NCBI GenBank assembly: GCA_013239625.1
Contig: MU054096.1
Span: forward strand, 409,098-473,097
DNA length: 64,000 nt
Direction: 5' to 3'
Source of the DNA: Lama guanicoe
Lineage: Eukaryota
Shown: piece after piece, positions 1 to 11,920 of the stretch
Layout of the letters: each line of letters starts with the position of its first letter
Numbering within the stretch: position 1 is the first letter of the stretch
The notes under the pieces: generated by a model
What the model saw: the letters and a program-made list of their open reading frames with translations, nothing else
Databases searched by the model: none
What the model was told of the DNA's origin: nothing
Position numbers and translations under genes: made by a program

Positions 1-289
1 CTCAGGCACACTACCATCCTGGGGCCCCTACATCCAGGTAACTGCCTCCCGCCATGAAGTGTGGACAGAAGGGATGGATGTCTTATCTAAGCTGAAGGTG
101 TTAAGAAGTGGGTCTACCTTCTTAAAACCTTAAAGTGGTCTACTGGTCAGAAATAGAGCCCCCAAGGCGCCAGCGGGTGATGGAAACCCAAGACAGAAGG
201 AACCCGGGACGGGAGGAGCCTTGAGAGGATATTAAAAACCAGGAACCTCGGTTCTCACCTCACTGGCTTCCATCGGAGGTGCATGTTTT

Positions 290-515
290 GGCTTTATCTC
301 AAACTATGCGGAGGGGATCCACAGGATTCTCGAAGATCCTTTCATGGTGACCATGAAGGTAAAACTGTTTTTGTCATATTACCAGGTATTAATTACGTTT
401 TCATCCTCCTTCTCTCGAAAGTGTGTAGAGGGTTATCTACATAACACAGATGACATCATGGCTCTGATGGCTGATGGAACACGTGCTCGTGTATTCATGT
501 TTTAAAAATTTCTTG
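290..515 (+). mobile_element. hAT-Charlie DNA transposon remnant (Charlie2/MER119-like left end)
   Basis: Degenerate match to the remembered Charlie-type left end (GGTAAAACTGTTTTTGTCATATT...TTCTCTCGAAAGTGTGTAGAG). Confidence 0.45.
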
Positions 516-520
516 TGTTT

Positions 521-645
521 GGGGGGTGATTAGAGCTCAGTGGTAGAGTGCAGTGCTTAACATGCACAAGGTCCTGGGTTCAATCCCCAGGACCTCCATT
601 AAAAACAAATAAACCTAATTACCTCCCCCCCAAAACAAAACAAAA
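521..645 (+). mobile_element. tRNA-Ala-derived camelid SINE (vic-1-like)
   Basis: AGCTCAGTGGTAGAG A-box, GGTTCAATCC B-box, then AAATAAACCTAATTACCTCCCCCC tail and A-rich end. Confidence 0.9.
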
Positions 646-647
646 TA

Positions 648-1460
648 CTGTGTTAGCTTCAGATGTACAACACAGTGATTCATTTTTTTGTTTTGTTTTG
701 GTTTTTTTGCAATTTATATTCCATTATAGATTATTATAAGATACTGGATATTCTCTGTGCTACACAGTAAATCTTTATTGCTTATCTATTTTACATATAG
801 TACTTTGTATCTGCTAATCCTGTACTCCTAATTTGTCCCACTTACTCCCTCTCCCCTTTGGTAACCATAGTTTGTTTTCTATGTCTGAGTCTGTCTCTGT
901 TTTGTGTATATTCATTTGTATTATTTTTTTAGATTCCATGTATAAGTGATATCATACAGTATTTGTCTTTCCCTGTCTGATTTATTTCATTGAGCATACT
1001 ATTCTGTATGTCCGCCCATGTTGCTGCAAAGGGCCTTATTTCATTCTTTTTCACGACTCAGTAGTATTCCATTGTAGAAATATACCACATCGTCTTAAGC
1101 CAATCTGTTGTTGGACACTTAGGTTGCTTCCATGTCTGGGCTATTGTAAATAGTGCTGCTATGAACATTGGGGTATGTGCATCTTTCCAAACAAGAATTC
1201 TCATTTTTTTCCCAGATATACACCCAGGAGTGAGATTCCTGAATCACATAGTAGTTCTATTTTTAGTTTTTTAGGGAATTTCCATACTGTTTTCCACAGT
1301 GGCTGCACCAATTTACAGCCCCATCAAGAGTGTACACGGGATCCCTTTTCTCCACCAGCATTTATTATTCATAGACTTTTTGGTGATGGCTATTCTGATG
1401 GGCGTGAGGTGATACCTCATTGCAGTTTTCATTTGCATTTCTCTAATAATTAGTGACAAT
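648..1460 (-). mobile_element. L1 3' fragment (ORF2 C-terminus plus 3' UTR)
   Basis: Typical antisense L1 text (AGATTCCATGTATAAGTGATATCATACAGTATTTGTC; GCTGCTATGAACATTGGGG; TTTCCACAGTGGCTGCACCAATTTACA). Confidence 0.9.
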
Positions 1461-1462
1461 CT

Positions 1463-1693
1463 TCATCTTTGCCTGCCTCCCAATCCCAGCCTTCCTTTAA
1501 AAAGAGCAAGAAGCTTGTCAAAATTGGCACCTCTTAAATTGGCAGTGTCTTAGAGAAACAAAAACAAAAACCTGCTTTGAAAATCATTGAGACGGGATGT
1601 CAGAGGTGTCACTGGCGGTGCTAACCCACGTAGCTGGCGTTGGTAGTGGCTCTGCTCTCTACTGGGCTTCTCAAGACAGTGCTGAGTTTACCC
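1463..1693 (+). repeat. 231-bp direct duplicate of 12700-12930
   Basis: Ungapped manual alignment, about 22 mismatches (~90% identity). Confidence 0.95.
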
Positions 1694-1952
1694 TTTCCCA
1701 ACTCTGGTGACCAAAATAGCTTATTATTAATCTTATTACGGTTTTAATTGGCAGCTCTCTAATTATTACTAAGCTTGATCATTTCCCCTGAAAGAGTCAA
1801 TGGACAATTGCCTTTGTCAAGATTGCCTTAAGATCCTATAGCAGTAAAGCAATGGGAGTAGCATTTAGATGGGTGGAATTTGTAAATATTTAATATTCAA
1901 GCTGTGATACCTTTAACACATGTTCACTCACTAAATCCCTATTTCTATATTC

Positions 1953-2062
1953 TTTTTTTGGGCGGGGGAGGAAATTAGGTTTTTTTATTTATTTTTACTA
2001 GAGGGACTGGGGATTAAACCCAGGGCCTCGTGTATGCTAAGCACGCTCTCTACCTCTGAGCC
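1953..2062 (-). mobile_element. vic-1-like SINE
   Basis: Reverse complement of the tRNA-Ala head and tail. Confidence 0.85.
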
Positions 2063-2560
2063 TATCTATTTCTAATCATTAACAGAGATTTACTGATGGT
2101 CTACTATGTGACAAGCCCTGTTCTGGAATCTGGTGACAGAACAGTGAGTGGAACTTGTAGATTCCCTGGTGCCCACATTCTAGTGGAGAGAAACACACAA
2201 AAAACAAGCCACGTGTGATAATGTCAGGGCGGGACGTGGAACAGAGCACGGGGGCTACAGCCTGTTGGGGTGGAAGGAGGGGTGCTGGATATTTAGGGGG
2301 GATCAAGGGAGACCTCTTGATGAGATGATATTTGAGAAGGGGCTTAGATGAAGCAAAGAGTGAGTGAGGTGTGCAGATGTCTGGGGACAAGTGTTCCTGG
2401 CAGAGGGATCAGAAAGGGCTAAGTTCCTGAGGCAGGAGTGTGCCTATGTCAATGGTGGTGTGGCTGGAGCAGAAGGAGGCGTGGGGACAGTGGTCCAAGG
2501 TGAGATCAGAGAGGTGGAGGGGCAAGTTCATGTAAAGGCTTGTAAGATCCTGGCCAGGAA
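2063..2560 (-). mobile_element. L2 3' fragment
   Basis: ATTTACTGATGGTCTACTATGTGACAAGCCCTGTTCTGG followed by purine-rich L2-like sequence. Confidence 0.7.
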
Positions 2561-3711
2561 GGACTCAGGTTTATTCAGAAAGGGTTCAGCAGAATGGCCG
2601 GCAGTGCACACGGGTATAAACCGTCTCTCCCAGAGAGACCTGCCCTGCTCTGCGATGCCAAGCCATCCCCCGTCCCCAGCACCACCCAGTCTCCCTCCTT
2701 CCATGGCCAGAGCTTTGCATATGGAGTGGGTGTCTTAGGAGATTTGTTTGGTGCCAGAGTCTGTGTGACAGGCAATCACAATCCCCAAGAGTGACGGGGC
2801 AGGATCAGTGGGTGTCACTTTCAGAAGTCGATTTGACAAGCCTGGGTCTCACACTTACAGGATCGACAGGAACATGCTGATGACTCCAGAGGAAAAGCAA
2901 AACAGACACACCAGAGACTTCAACAAGATGCCCCAAAAAAGAAGTGGCAGACACGAATGCGTCGTGTGTACCGAATCACTCCATATTTAATCTCCGCATG
3001 AGGTACCTGAGCATCTATAAATGACAACAGGCAGCAGCCTGGCAGGGACTGCCATTTGGGGACTAGTTGGAGGTTTTTCTGCGTATCTGAAATGCCACTT
3101 TTGAACACAAAAACTAAGCAAAGTGGATTCAAAGTCCAAAGTCCAGCCCTCTATTCACAAACCAGATCAAGGGGCTATCAAGCAGGAAGGGCTTGGGAGG
3201 ACCAGGATGGGGCAGCATGAATCATCTTCAGGGCCTGACCCAGCCACCCCCACACGGAGAACATCCCAGGGAAACCTCACCGGGAGAACCCAGGACGTAC
3301 AGACACCCGAGGGGCTAGAGGACCCCTCGGGTGACATGGTGATTGTCGTCCCAGGCACTCGTATGAGGAACATTCAGGACCAGAAGCTCCCTTCACGGTC
3401 CAGGCATCTTCAAGGCTGGCCTAAAGCCCACCTTTTCCAGGAAGCCCTCCTGCCCATCCCAGCTCTCACTCACGTCCTTCCTCTGGCTTTTTGTGGATGG
3501 TACTGTTCCAGAAGGTAAACCTCCTGAGGCCAATGACTGTACCTCTCATTTCTATACGCCCAGTGTGGGAAACTGTAGCCTCTCAATTAACAGTTACTAA
3601 GTGGATGAAATTTAAATTCTTTTAGGGGTGCATAGATATTCCTCTAAACTGAGGATGAGATCTGACCTTATCTCTTGCTTCTCTGTCCTCTTCCTCATTT
3701 CTCTTCCTTAT

Positions 3712-4170
3712 TGTCATGGCAGACACCATCACTGGCCCACACACATGACCTCAGCTGGCTCCAAAGTCAGCTACAGACAGTTCCCGCCCACAGAGGGTAC
3801 TTCTGTTGGCTCTGCCATAGACCAGGGCTTGGTCCCCCTGCATTGGAAGTTCTCCAAAGAGTCAGACCCTGCGGGAACATCCTCCATCAATGAGGGGCGG
3901 GAATTCGTAGATTCCTTCCAGATTCCTTGCATCTTGGTGGAATAATTCTGCGGCTCAGTCTGTAGTCTCCCTGAAGCCCCCAGGGGACTGAGCCCAGTTG
4001 CTGGCCGTGGTTACCGTGCACAACGCATCGTTACAGCTTTCTTGCCTTCCTTTTCTCAGGTCATCACTCTCTTACTCTATATCCTGGGACCACCTCCTAA
4101 ATCCTAAGTAAACTACCAGTATGCAAATCCTCATATCAGGGCTGCTTTGGGGGGAGCCCAAACTGAGACA
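3712..4170 (+). mobile_element. ERVL solo LTR (LTR16-like)
   Basis: TG...CA ends; 3' end CAGGGCTGCTTTGGGGGGAGCCCAAACTGAGACA is typical of LTR16. Confidence 0.7.
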
Positions 4171-4419
4171 ATCACCCCCATGTGCTTAGGAAAGCTGTGC
4201 ATATGCGGTTCCTATGAAGACTGAGTGAAATAACGCAAGTCAGATGCTTAGTAGCGCTTGGTCTCCTGCAAACGTCCAGCCCCGTCAGTCACTACTGCTG
4301 TTTTAGTCCGTGTTGAGGGTGTCCAAACAGTACTTGTGCTTTGTTCAACTCTGAGGAGGAATCTGGAGGAAGAATTGGGGCCAAGACCACCCACAACAAT
4401 GATAATGGTGGAAATGTAC

Positions 4420-4933
4420 TGAGATGGGAGGGAAGGGGGCAGGACACGGCCATTCAAGGAATGACACGGCAAATAACACCAAGATGGCGGGAGATTCAAC
4501 TCCCAGTAGACCTTCAGCTTCATTATACGATCATTGTAATATATTAACATGGTAAATGACACACCCGCAGGTGCCATGACAGTTCCCAGGCTGACCACCA
4601 TCAAAAGGTGAGTGGTGGCCCAATTCCAGGGAACCCCAGCCCCTTCCCCAAAGTGGTTGAAATAACCCTCCCACTTGTTGGCATCTGAAGTTACTGAGCC
4701 CATAAAAACCAACAACCCCCACACCTGTGGCTGCCCTCCCTTCTGAGTGAGATGGCCTGCACTCTGTCTATGGGGTGTGCATCTCTCTGAATAAATCTAC
4801 TTTTACTCAACTGTGGCTCACTCTTGAATTCTTTCCCATGAGAAGCCAAGGACCACACTTGGCAGAGTGCACCCTGGGGACTCAGCTGAGACCTGGGACG
4901 CGCCATCCTCTCGTTCCACATTTTTCCATATCA
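4420..4933 (+). mobile_element. ERV1 solo LTR (MER41-like)
   Basis: TG...CA ends, perfect 4-bp TSD GTAC (4416-4419 / 4934-4937), AATAAA signal, MER41-type motifs CAAGATGGCG and TGACACACCC..GCCATGACAGTT. Confidence 0.8.
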
Positions 4934-6116
4934 GTACGAGGAGGAACAGAGGCAAAGATGCAAGACAAGCCATGAAGAAGAGTGCCCACCCTCGGTGTTT
5001 GCCTCTGTGGTACCTTCACAGAGGAAGTCAGACTTCACCTGGGGCCAGTGAGGAGAGCTTCCTGTATCTTCAAGGGAAGGGATGGAGACCTCTCACCAGG
5101 CAGAGGAGAAGGATATTTACAGGCTGTGGACAAAAGCCTATTAGGACAAACCTGGCAGGAAGGGTCAGACATTTGACTTCCTCTGAGGGGATAAGACAAA
5201 TTCCATAGATCTCACTGGGGAGAAATAATTGGTCCAGTCTCTAAGACAAAGAGGCAGAGAATTAAAAGCAACAAAGTGGGCAGAGCCAGAATCCTGAGGA
5301 TTAGAGGCCCAGCAAAGGTTAAAGTCTGCACCCAGAGAAGCGTTTGAATCTTTGCATTGTTTGATACTGTCTGTTGAATGCTGTGTAAGTGGCACTTGTG
5401 TTAAACAGTCTCGAAAGAGGTCACATCCCACAGGGATTTGGGCAGTCACCGTAAGCCATGACAGACCATTGGAGCTGTACCATCACACCAATGAAGGTGA
5501 AAGGTGCTAGTGATTTTTCAGGCCGAGGGTTTGTGCCTGACAACGTTTGACCTTGTAGAATGGTCCAGAGTGGAAGCCCCTTCAAGTCCCAGATGGTGTC
5601 CTGGTCACTTTCAGGGTCCCAGAGCCCCCTGTGGATGGTCAGTAAATGTATGTAGAAGAGGGCAAAGTGAAATGAAGCTGGTGACATCACAGCAGGGGAG
5701 AGAGGGATGGAACACGTCGTGAGTCCTCAGTAGACAATGCTGTCTGGGCTGCCCCAGTGGGGTCGGGGCGCCGGTGTGGCCACCTTCCCTCAGCCCTGCT
5801 GGCTGGGACAAACACAGACCAGACGTTCTCACTGATGTGGTTTCTTGCCAAACCACCACTGTGATTTACAGCTTACCCCCACCCAGGGCAGGCTGGCTTC
5901 TCACCTGCTGTTTTATCAAAGATGTGACTGCATCACTGTAGGGAGGGCAGACGGTAGGACGGGAAGGGAAAGGATTGATGCTCCATCGATTTGGCCAAAC
6001 CCATCCATCATAAAGCATCAAGGGATGGGGTGCAGGTGCCTGGGAGCAGCTGGAAAAGAAAACCACCGGAGAGCGTGGTGTCGCTCTGACTCCTGGGAGA
6101 TACCCTCTGGGAGGTT

Positions 6117-6995
6117 GTGATTCAGAAGAAGAAATAGACATTTGTCTTTCGTCCCCTTTGCTGACACAGAGCTCCTAAAATCCTTGGAATTTCCTAAGTG
6201 ATAAGAGTGACAAAGGTCCTCTGTTATGTTAATGAAGTAACTTTTGGACCTCACCTGAGGATGGGGGCCGGAGCCAACCTTGTGATCAGAGTTGGAACTT
6301 CGGGCACCTCCCTCCCTCCAGAAGCCTCTGTGGAGGAAAGAGGGGCTGGAGATTGATCTCAATCACCAACAGGCAACGATTTAATGCATCATGTCTATGT
6401 GCTGAGCCCTTCATAAGACCCCAAAATAACTGAGTGTTAAGACTATGATAATGAATGTATGTGTGTATATGCATGACTGGGACACTGTGCTGTGCACCAG
6501 AGATTGACACATTGTAACGGACTGTTCTTCAATATAAACCAAACCAAACCAAACCAAAAGAACTGCGTGTCAGAGCGCGTCCGGTTGGTGGACCCGGGAG
6601 GTATGTGGAGGCGGCACGGGGGCTCCACGCCTCCCCCCAGACCTCGCCCTTGGCGTCTCTTCCATCTGGCTGTCCCTGAGTTTGATCCTTCTCAATGATC
6701 TAGTAAGCAAAGTGTTTCTGTGAGTTCTGGGAGCCGCTCTAGCCAATTCATTGAATCCAAGGAGGGAGTCGTTGGAACCTCCCACCTGTGTATAGCCTGT
6801 TGGTCAGAAGCACAAGTGACAACCTGACTGGCATCTGAAGGGTGCGTGGGGAGGACTGTGGGACTGAGTCTGACATAGACAGTGTGACACCTGTGATGAG
6901 GGTTAGGACACCCTGCCGGTGTCAGAGAGTTGTTTGGATGTGTGGGGAGACTTCCCCTCAGCATACACACATTGGAAATTGAGACCTAATGGCAC
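6117..6995 (+). mobile_element. Solo LTR (MER21-like) interrupted by a short L1 3' end
   Basis: CACAGAGCTCCTAAAATCCTTGGAATTTCCT and GTTTCTGTGAGTTCTGGGAGCCGCTCTAGC are MER21-type motifs. Confidence 0.75.
6440..6555 (+). mobile_element. L1 3' terminal fragment nested in the MER21-like LTR
   Basis: GCATGACTGGGACACTGTGCTGTGCACCAGAGATTGACAC; 17-bp TSD at 6423-6439 / 6556-6572 with 3 mismatches. Confidence 0.85.
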
Positions 6996-7941
6996 CTTGG
7001 TCCCTGGGATTCCAAGTGTGTGTTAGGAGTGATTGGAGCCCATAAGGCTAGTCCCCTGTCATCAGTGAGATACCATCAGTGGAAGTGCAGATACCTAAGC
7101 TGTCACTCAAGTCACAGCGAGTTGTCAGGCGTACTTTGATTCTGAGCATGACTAATTTCTTCACGAAATTTACAAAACTCTTGATTGACGTTCCCTGGGA
7201 CCTGGTGGCTGAGACCAAAGAATGGTTCTCAGGACTCTCTTGACTCCTACAAAAGCTCATGGGTTAAAAACAGAAACTAAAAAAGTGATGTCTGGCTCGT
7301 GCTCGACCAGGACCAAGGACAGTCAGCATTTCTAGCGTCGGTGCCTTCCCCTGTGACACAGGCGTGTCCAAGGTCTCCTCCCGGTCGGTTTCCCTGGGAT
7401 TCTGGACACGTCGTGGGGGCGTGAAGGGGTGGGCGGCCGGGCTGCTATGGTTGTACCTTTCAGGAGGGAGACTTTGAACACTTTCATGTTGTCTCTCATT
7501 GATTCCAATATTAATACCCTTGCTAAGTGAGCGATTTAATTATTTGTCAATTCACCTTTAATCTTTTAGCTGTGCGGTCACTTTAACTTCATTTTAAAAT
7601 GTTTGTTCTTAGAATCACAGTAAAGAAAGAACTTTCCTACTCAAAGATTACACAAACATTGTCCTGTGGAATATTCTATTTGTTTTCTGATTTACCTTAA
7701 ACTTCAAAATCCCTAATGCATCTGATGTATATTTTGCAAATGGCGTGACTCAGGGAATGTAAGTGTTTCCCCCCAATTTGACCCACTATTTCTTGGCTAT
7801 TGGATTCCCTACTGATTTAAAATGCTGTTTTTATTTTATACTAGATGCTTATTAAAAATGAGCTTCTGAATGAATTCTCTCCTCTGTTCTGGTGACCGTC
7901 AGGGTGACCCTTTAAATTCTGATGTTGTTTAAGGTGAAGTT

Positions 7942-8358
7942 TGCGGCAGACACGTCAGTGCTCCTCCCAGGCCCCCTTTGGGTCCCTGTCTCGGAGCCCT
8001 TTGGAGAGAGGGCTTCTTTTCACCGCTACCTTCAGCTCTGTCTTCACCAGGGGAGACCAGAGGTGCCCCTCACTCCCACCTTAACCAGTAACTGACAGGT
8101 TCCAGTATATGAAGCTCACCCCAGTCGCCTTGGAGAAGGGACAGGGACAATTTTGAGGGGTAACTTATGCAACACAGGTCCCCAGCCGGATCAGCCCAGA
8201 GCCACTTTCCTCAGGACTTCGGGATCCATCAGCCTTCCTCCCACTCCAGCCTGCCTCCCCATGCCTGCACACGTTTTCCCCCAGAGCTTTCATTAATAAA
8301 ATCTCTCACAGAATCTTCATCTTGGGGTCGGCTTTCAGGAAACTCAAGTCTAAGGCAG
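7942..8358 (+). mobile_element. ERVL solo LTR (LTR16 family)
   Basis: AATAAA followed by LTR16-like 3' end CTTGGGGTCGGCTTTCAGGAAACTCAAGTCTAAGGCA. Confidence 0.6.
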
Positions 8359-8759
8359 AGTCTGTTTCATCGTCAAGGCAGATCCAGGTAGAAAAACCAT
8401 TCCCACTCTCCTCCCCCTGCCCGCGCCCTGCCGCCCCCATCACCCACAGGATGGAGAAAGCCATCACTGCCACATCCTGCATCCTGCATCCCTCATCACC
8501 TGCATCTCTTGAGATTAAGTAAACCAGGAGCTCCTGGTGGCATGCTCTGCCAACTCAATGAATGATGGCTTTAGTCTTTGAAGTACAATTCCTAAAGAAC
8601 AGAAAGCTTTTAATTGCTCAGAAATTATCTAGCAGAAATTGAGCAGAGGAGCCTCAAGAGTATCTTTCTGTATTCTTCTTAAGATTTTTAGACATATTTA
8701 AGATTTAATCACTCATTAAACATTTATTACCTACTCTGTGTCAGATTCTCTCTCTCTCT

Positions 8760-11450
8760 CCTACAAATTAGTCCACCTATAAAATTATTTTCACATATCT
8801 TTTTCAACTTCACATATCATGCATGCTTTTCCATTTCAGCTTATGAAAACTCTTCCTCATTTTGCTTGGTGGCTGCGTATTCATTCTGTTCTGTAATGTT
8901 TATTCCCATCGTGAGGTTTATCCTTATTTTATTTGGTTCAAAATTGGGACAAATTCTTCACAGCAAGTTTTTTCCTGTCTAATTTTGTTTATTTGATTCA
9001 CCCCTTTTCTAGCTGAATTTTGTCATCAGATCGTTTTTGCACACTTGAGAAGTTCTGTTTCTTGCTTGAATTCTGAACACTGACATTGTTCTGGAAGATT
9101 CTGAAGGCAGTGGGTTTCCTCTCGCGTTAATCACGTGTTGACACCCGCAAGCAGGAGCACTTTTCAATATAAGTGACTTCAACTGTCCACAAGTCTCTCT
9201 TGCTCTCCCAGTTCCCCTTGTTTTTGGTTTCTTGGATGTTTTGAGTATTACACTTCCTAAACTTTCTTGTTCCTTATTGATAACATGGATTTAGATCTTC
9301 CATTATTTGGGGAATAAATTCTTTTATAAATATTTTTTTCAATTCCATCTGTTTTATTTTTGTTTTCATATAACAAATTAACATGCATGTTTAATCACTG
9401 TGATCAGTCTTTCATATCTATTGTCTTTCCTCTCCTTCATAGCTTTTAACCTCTTTGTCATTTTTTTCTCCTGAAATGTCTTTGATCGCTTGAAAACTTT
9501 CCTCCGTGACTGGGATATTGTCTTTGGGCACGTCCATTTTTTTTCTTGATGTTTCAAATTCTGTTGTTTTGGTTCTCAGTGGGTTTTCTTAGATTTTGGG
9601 GAGCTGTGTAAATCACTGGAAAGCATGGCTTCCTGTTTCCAAAGCCTGATGTGAAGTACTTTGTTTAAGTTTTATATGTATATTTACATATGTATATATC
9701 ATCATGTACACCAATGGCACTTAGACAAATTAGATATATGCATACTTTGTTTTTCCTTCTACTTTTTTCAGTTCATTCGAGTTTTGGTGCATGATCTGGC
9801 TTTCCTCTGCCATTATATCTTGGAAGTTGTTGACTTTTGTTCTTGATTAAAGAAACATTCTTGGCAAAGATTTTCCTTTGGGATGTCATGTTCTTTTCGA
9901 AAAATGTCACCTTTTGCAGCATAGTACATTGGGCCAAAAGGCTCAATTATGGGTCCATTTTGGAAAACCAACAAAGCAAAACTTACAGGAGTGGGTTGAA
10001 GAAGTCCCGTGAGTTTCATGTCTAATTCTGCAATGTGTGGGTTCATTATTCCCATGCACTCACTGACAAATCAAAAATCAGAACAAATGAAACTAGTCAG
10101 AAGTACCTTGCAGGGATTTGCTCACCATGCTAACCCTTAACTGATTCTATTTCTATTTTGCAACATCAATCACCAAAGATAATAATAAAAAATTCAATTC
10201 ATGATGACAACGACTTTCAGCATTTCGTACAAGAAAGGATCTGTGAAGACTGCCACCAAGAAATGAGGATGTCAGAGCCTTAGTGATGCACTTGGAAGTT
10301 CCCATTGCACTTGCTATCACTGCTCTAGTGAAATCTCACCAACATTTCTGCTTCCTCCTCCCGACCGCCTTGTTGGTCCTTCCCTTCCCCATCACCCTCC
10401 AGGCCGTAGGGTCTGCCGTCTTCCTCACGCGTGATTGATTTGCTTTTGCAGATCATGTTTTCCAACAAAACTGAAGTGTAGGTTATTTTGGAGGGGATTT
10501 TAGATATTTGCAAGTGATATTTCCAGAGGTTAATAGCAATGTGACTTTCCACAAGTTTTAGAGAAATCTTGGCCAGATCTCCACCCGTCATCTCCTCCTA
10601 ATCTTTTCCCCTTCGCAAAAGCTTATGTAAAAAACGGACTAGTGAGAAACTCCCACTAGCAACCCACGTAGTTTCCCTCCAAATGGGCTTCTCATCTTGT
10701 AGGCAGTTTTTCACATGGTTTTGACTTTCACACTTTTGGTCATCTGTCATGTTTTGTTTATTAGAACAGGTGGAGATTGAGTTCTATCTTTCCAAAGCAT
10801 GTAAAATAGAGAGCACAAAATACAAGACTTGGCTTCAAAAAAACCTGAGGAGATGGAATCAAGTCTTACAGCTGTAAAAGAACTTGAAGTTTGAAGCTAG
10901 TTTCCCTCAGGCTATCTGGACCTCTTTGATGGTCAGGTTTTTCTGTTCAGAGGAGGGATCCCTCCAGGAACCAATGTTGTGTTCACTTTGGTTTTTCTGA
11001 GGTTAGATCACGCAGAGTCTGGGTAGCGCTTTTAATTCAGCTGCCTCTTAGTGTGAACCTGCTCTCATCCCTGTTGACAAAACTTCCTAGGACTGAGATT
11101 TCTCCAAGCTGTACTCTTTGTTTACAGTTGAGAGTGGGAGACTGAATCTCACCTCTCCTATGTCCAGTTCACACAGAGCATCCCACAACTTCCAGTGCTT
11201 GGGGACCAGGAGTGGAGATCTCATCCTTTGCAGACAGAAGCTAGCTCAGACGGGGCAGTGCTGCCCGGGACTGTGGCCAGTGGGAGCTGTGGCACCCAAC
11301 AGAAGAGGCAGTGGCACCTGGAGGCTCTGATGATGCTAAACAGAAGGAGAGGGGTCGGGGGAAAAGCAAACTGTAGACGTCATGTAGAAACAGGGCTCGT
11401 GTGGGAATACCCTTGGGTTGGCAGTAACACAGGGAAGGGGTTTTATGGGG
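8760..11450 (-). mobile_element. Highly degraded old L1/HAL1-like remnants
   Basis: T-rich plus strand with antisense L1M/HAL1-like phrasing; boundaries rough. Confidence 0.4.
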
Positions 11451-11645
11451 ACTCCTGATGTGTGTCAGCAGGAGCTATTAGAGAGGAATGCAGAGAAAGA
11501 ACCAGCAAACATTTGTTACCATATCTTCTGAAAATAACATCTTATGAGATAAGATATATTTACTATCCCCTCTCTGCTAGTGAAAATGTAAGGGGGAAGT
11601 TTACACACGAGTGTTTAGAGATTTTGGTCCTTCTGGTTATCTTTC

Positions 11646-11920
11646 TTTTTTTTTTTTTTCCCAATTGAAGCGCAGTCAGTTACAGTGTGTCAATTTCTGG
11701 TGCACAGCATCATGTCCCAGTCATACACATACATACATATATTTGTTTTCATATTCTTTTTCATTAAAGGTTGTTACAAAATACTGAATATAGTTCCCTG
11801 TGCTATACAGAAGAAATTTGGCTTTTTTAAATCTATTTTTATATATAGTGGCTAACATTATAAATCTCAAACTCTCAAATTTATTCCTTCCCACCCCGTT
11901 TCCCACCATAATCATAAGAT
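11646..11920 (-). mobile_element. Young L1 3' UTR fragment
   Basis: poly-T then AATTGAAG..CAGTCAGTTACA..GTGTCAATTTCTGGTG. Confidence 0.9.

Noticed and set aside
7320..7460. Short CpG-containing GC patch as a promoter
   Set aside because: Only about 140 bp, with no convincing island or downstream exon.
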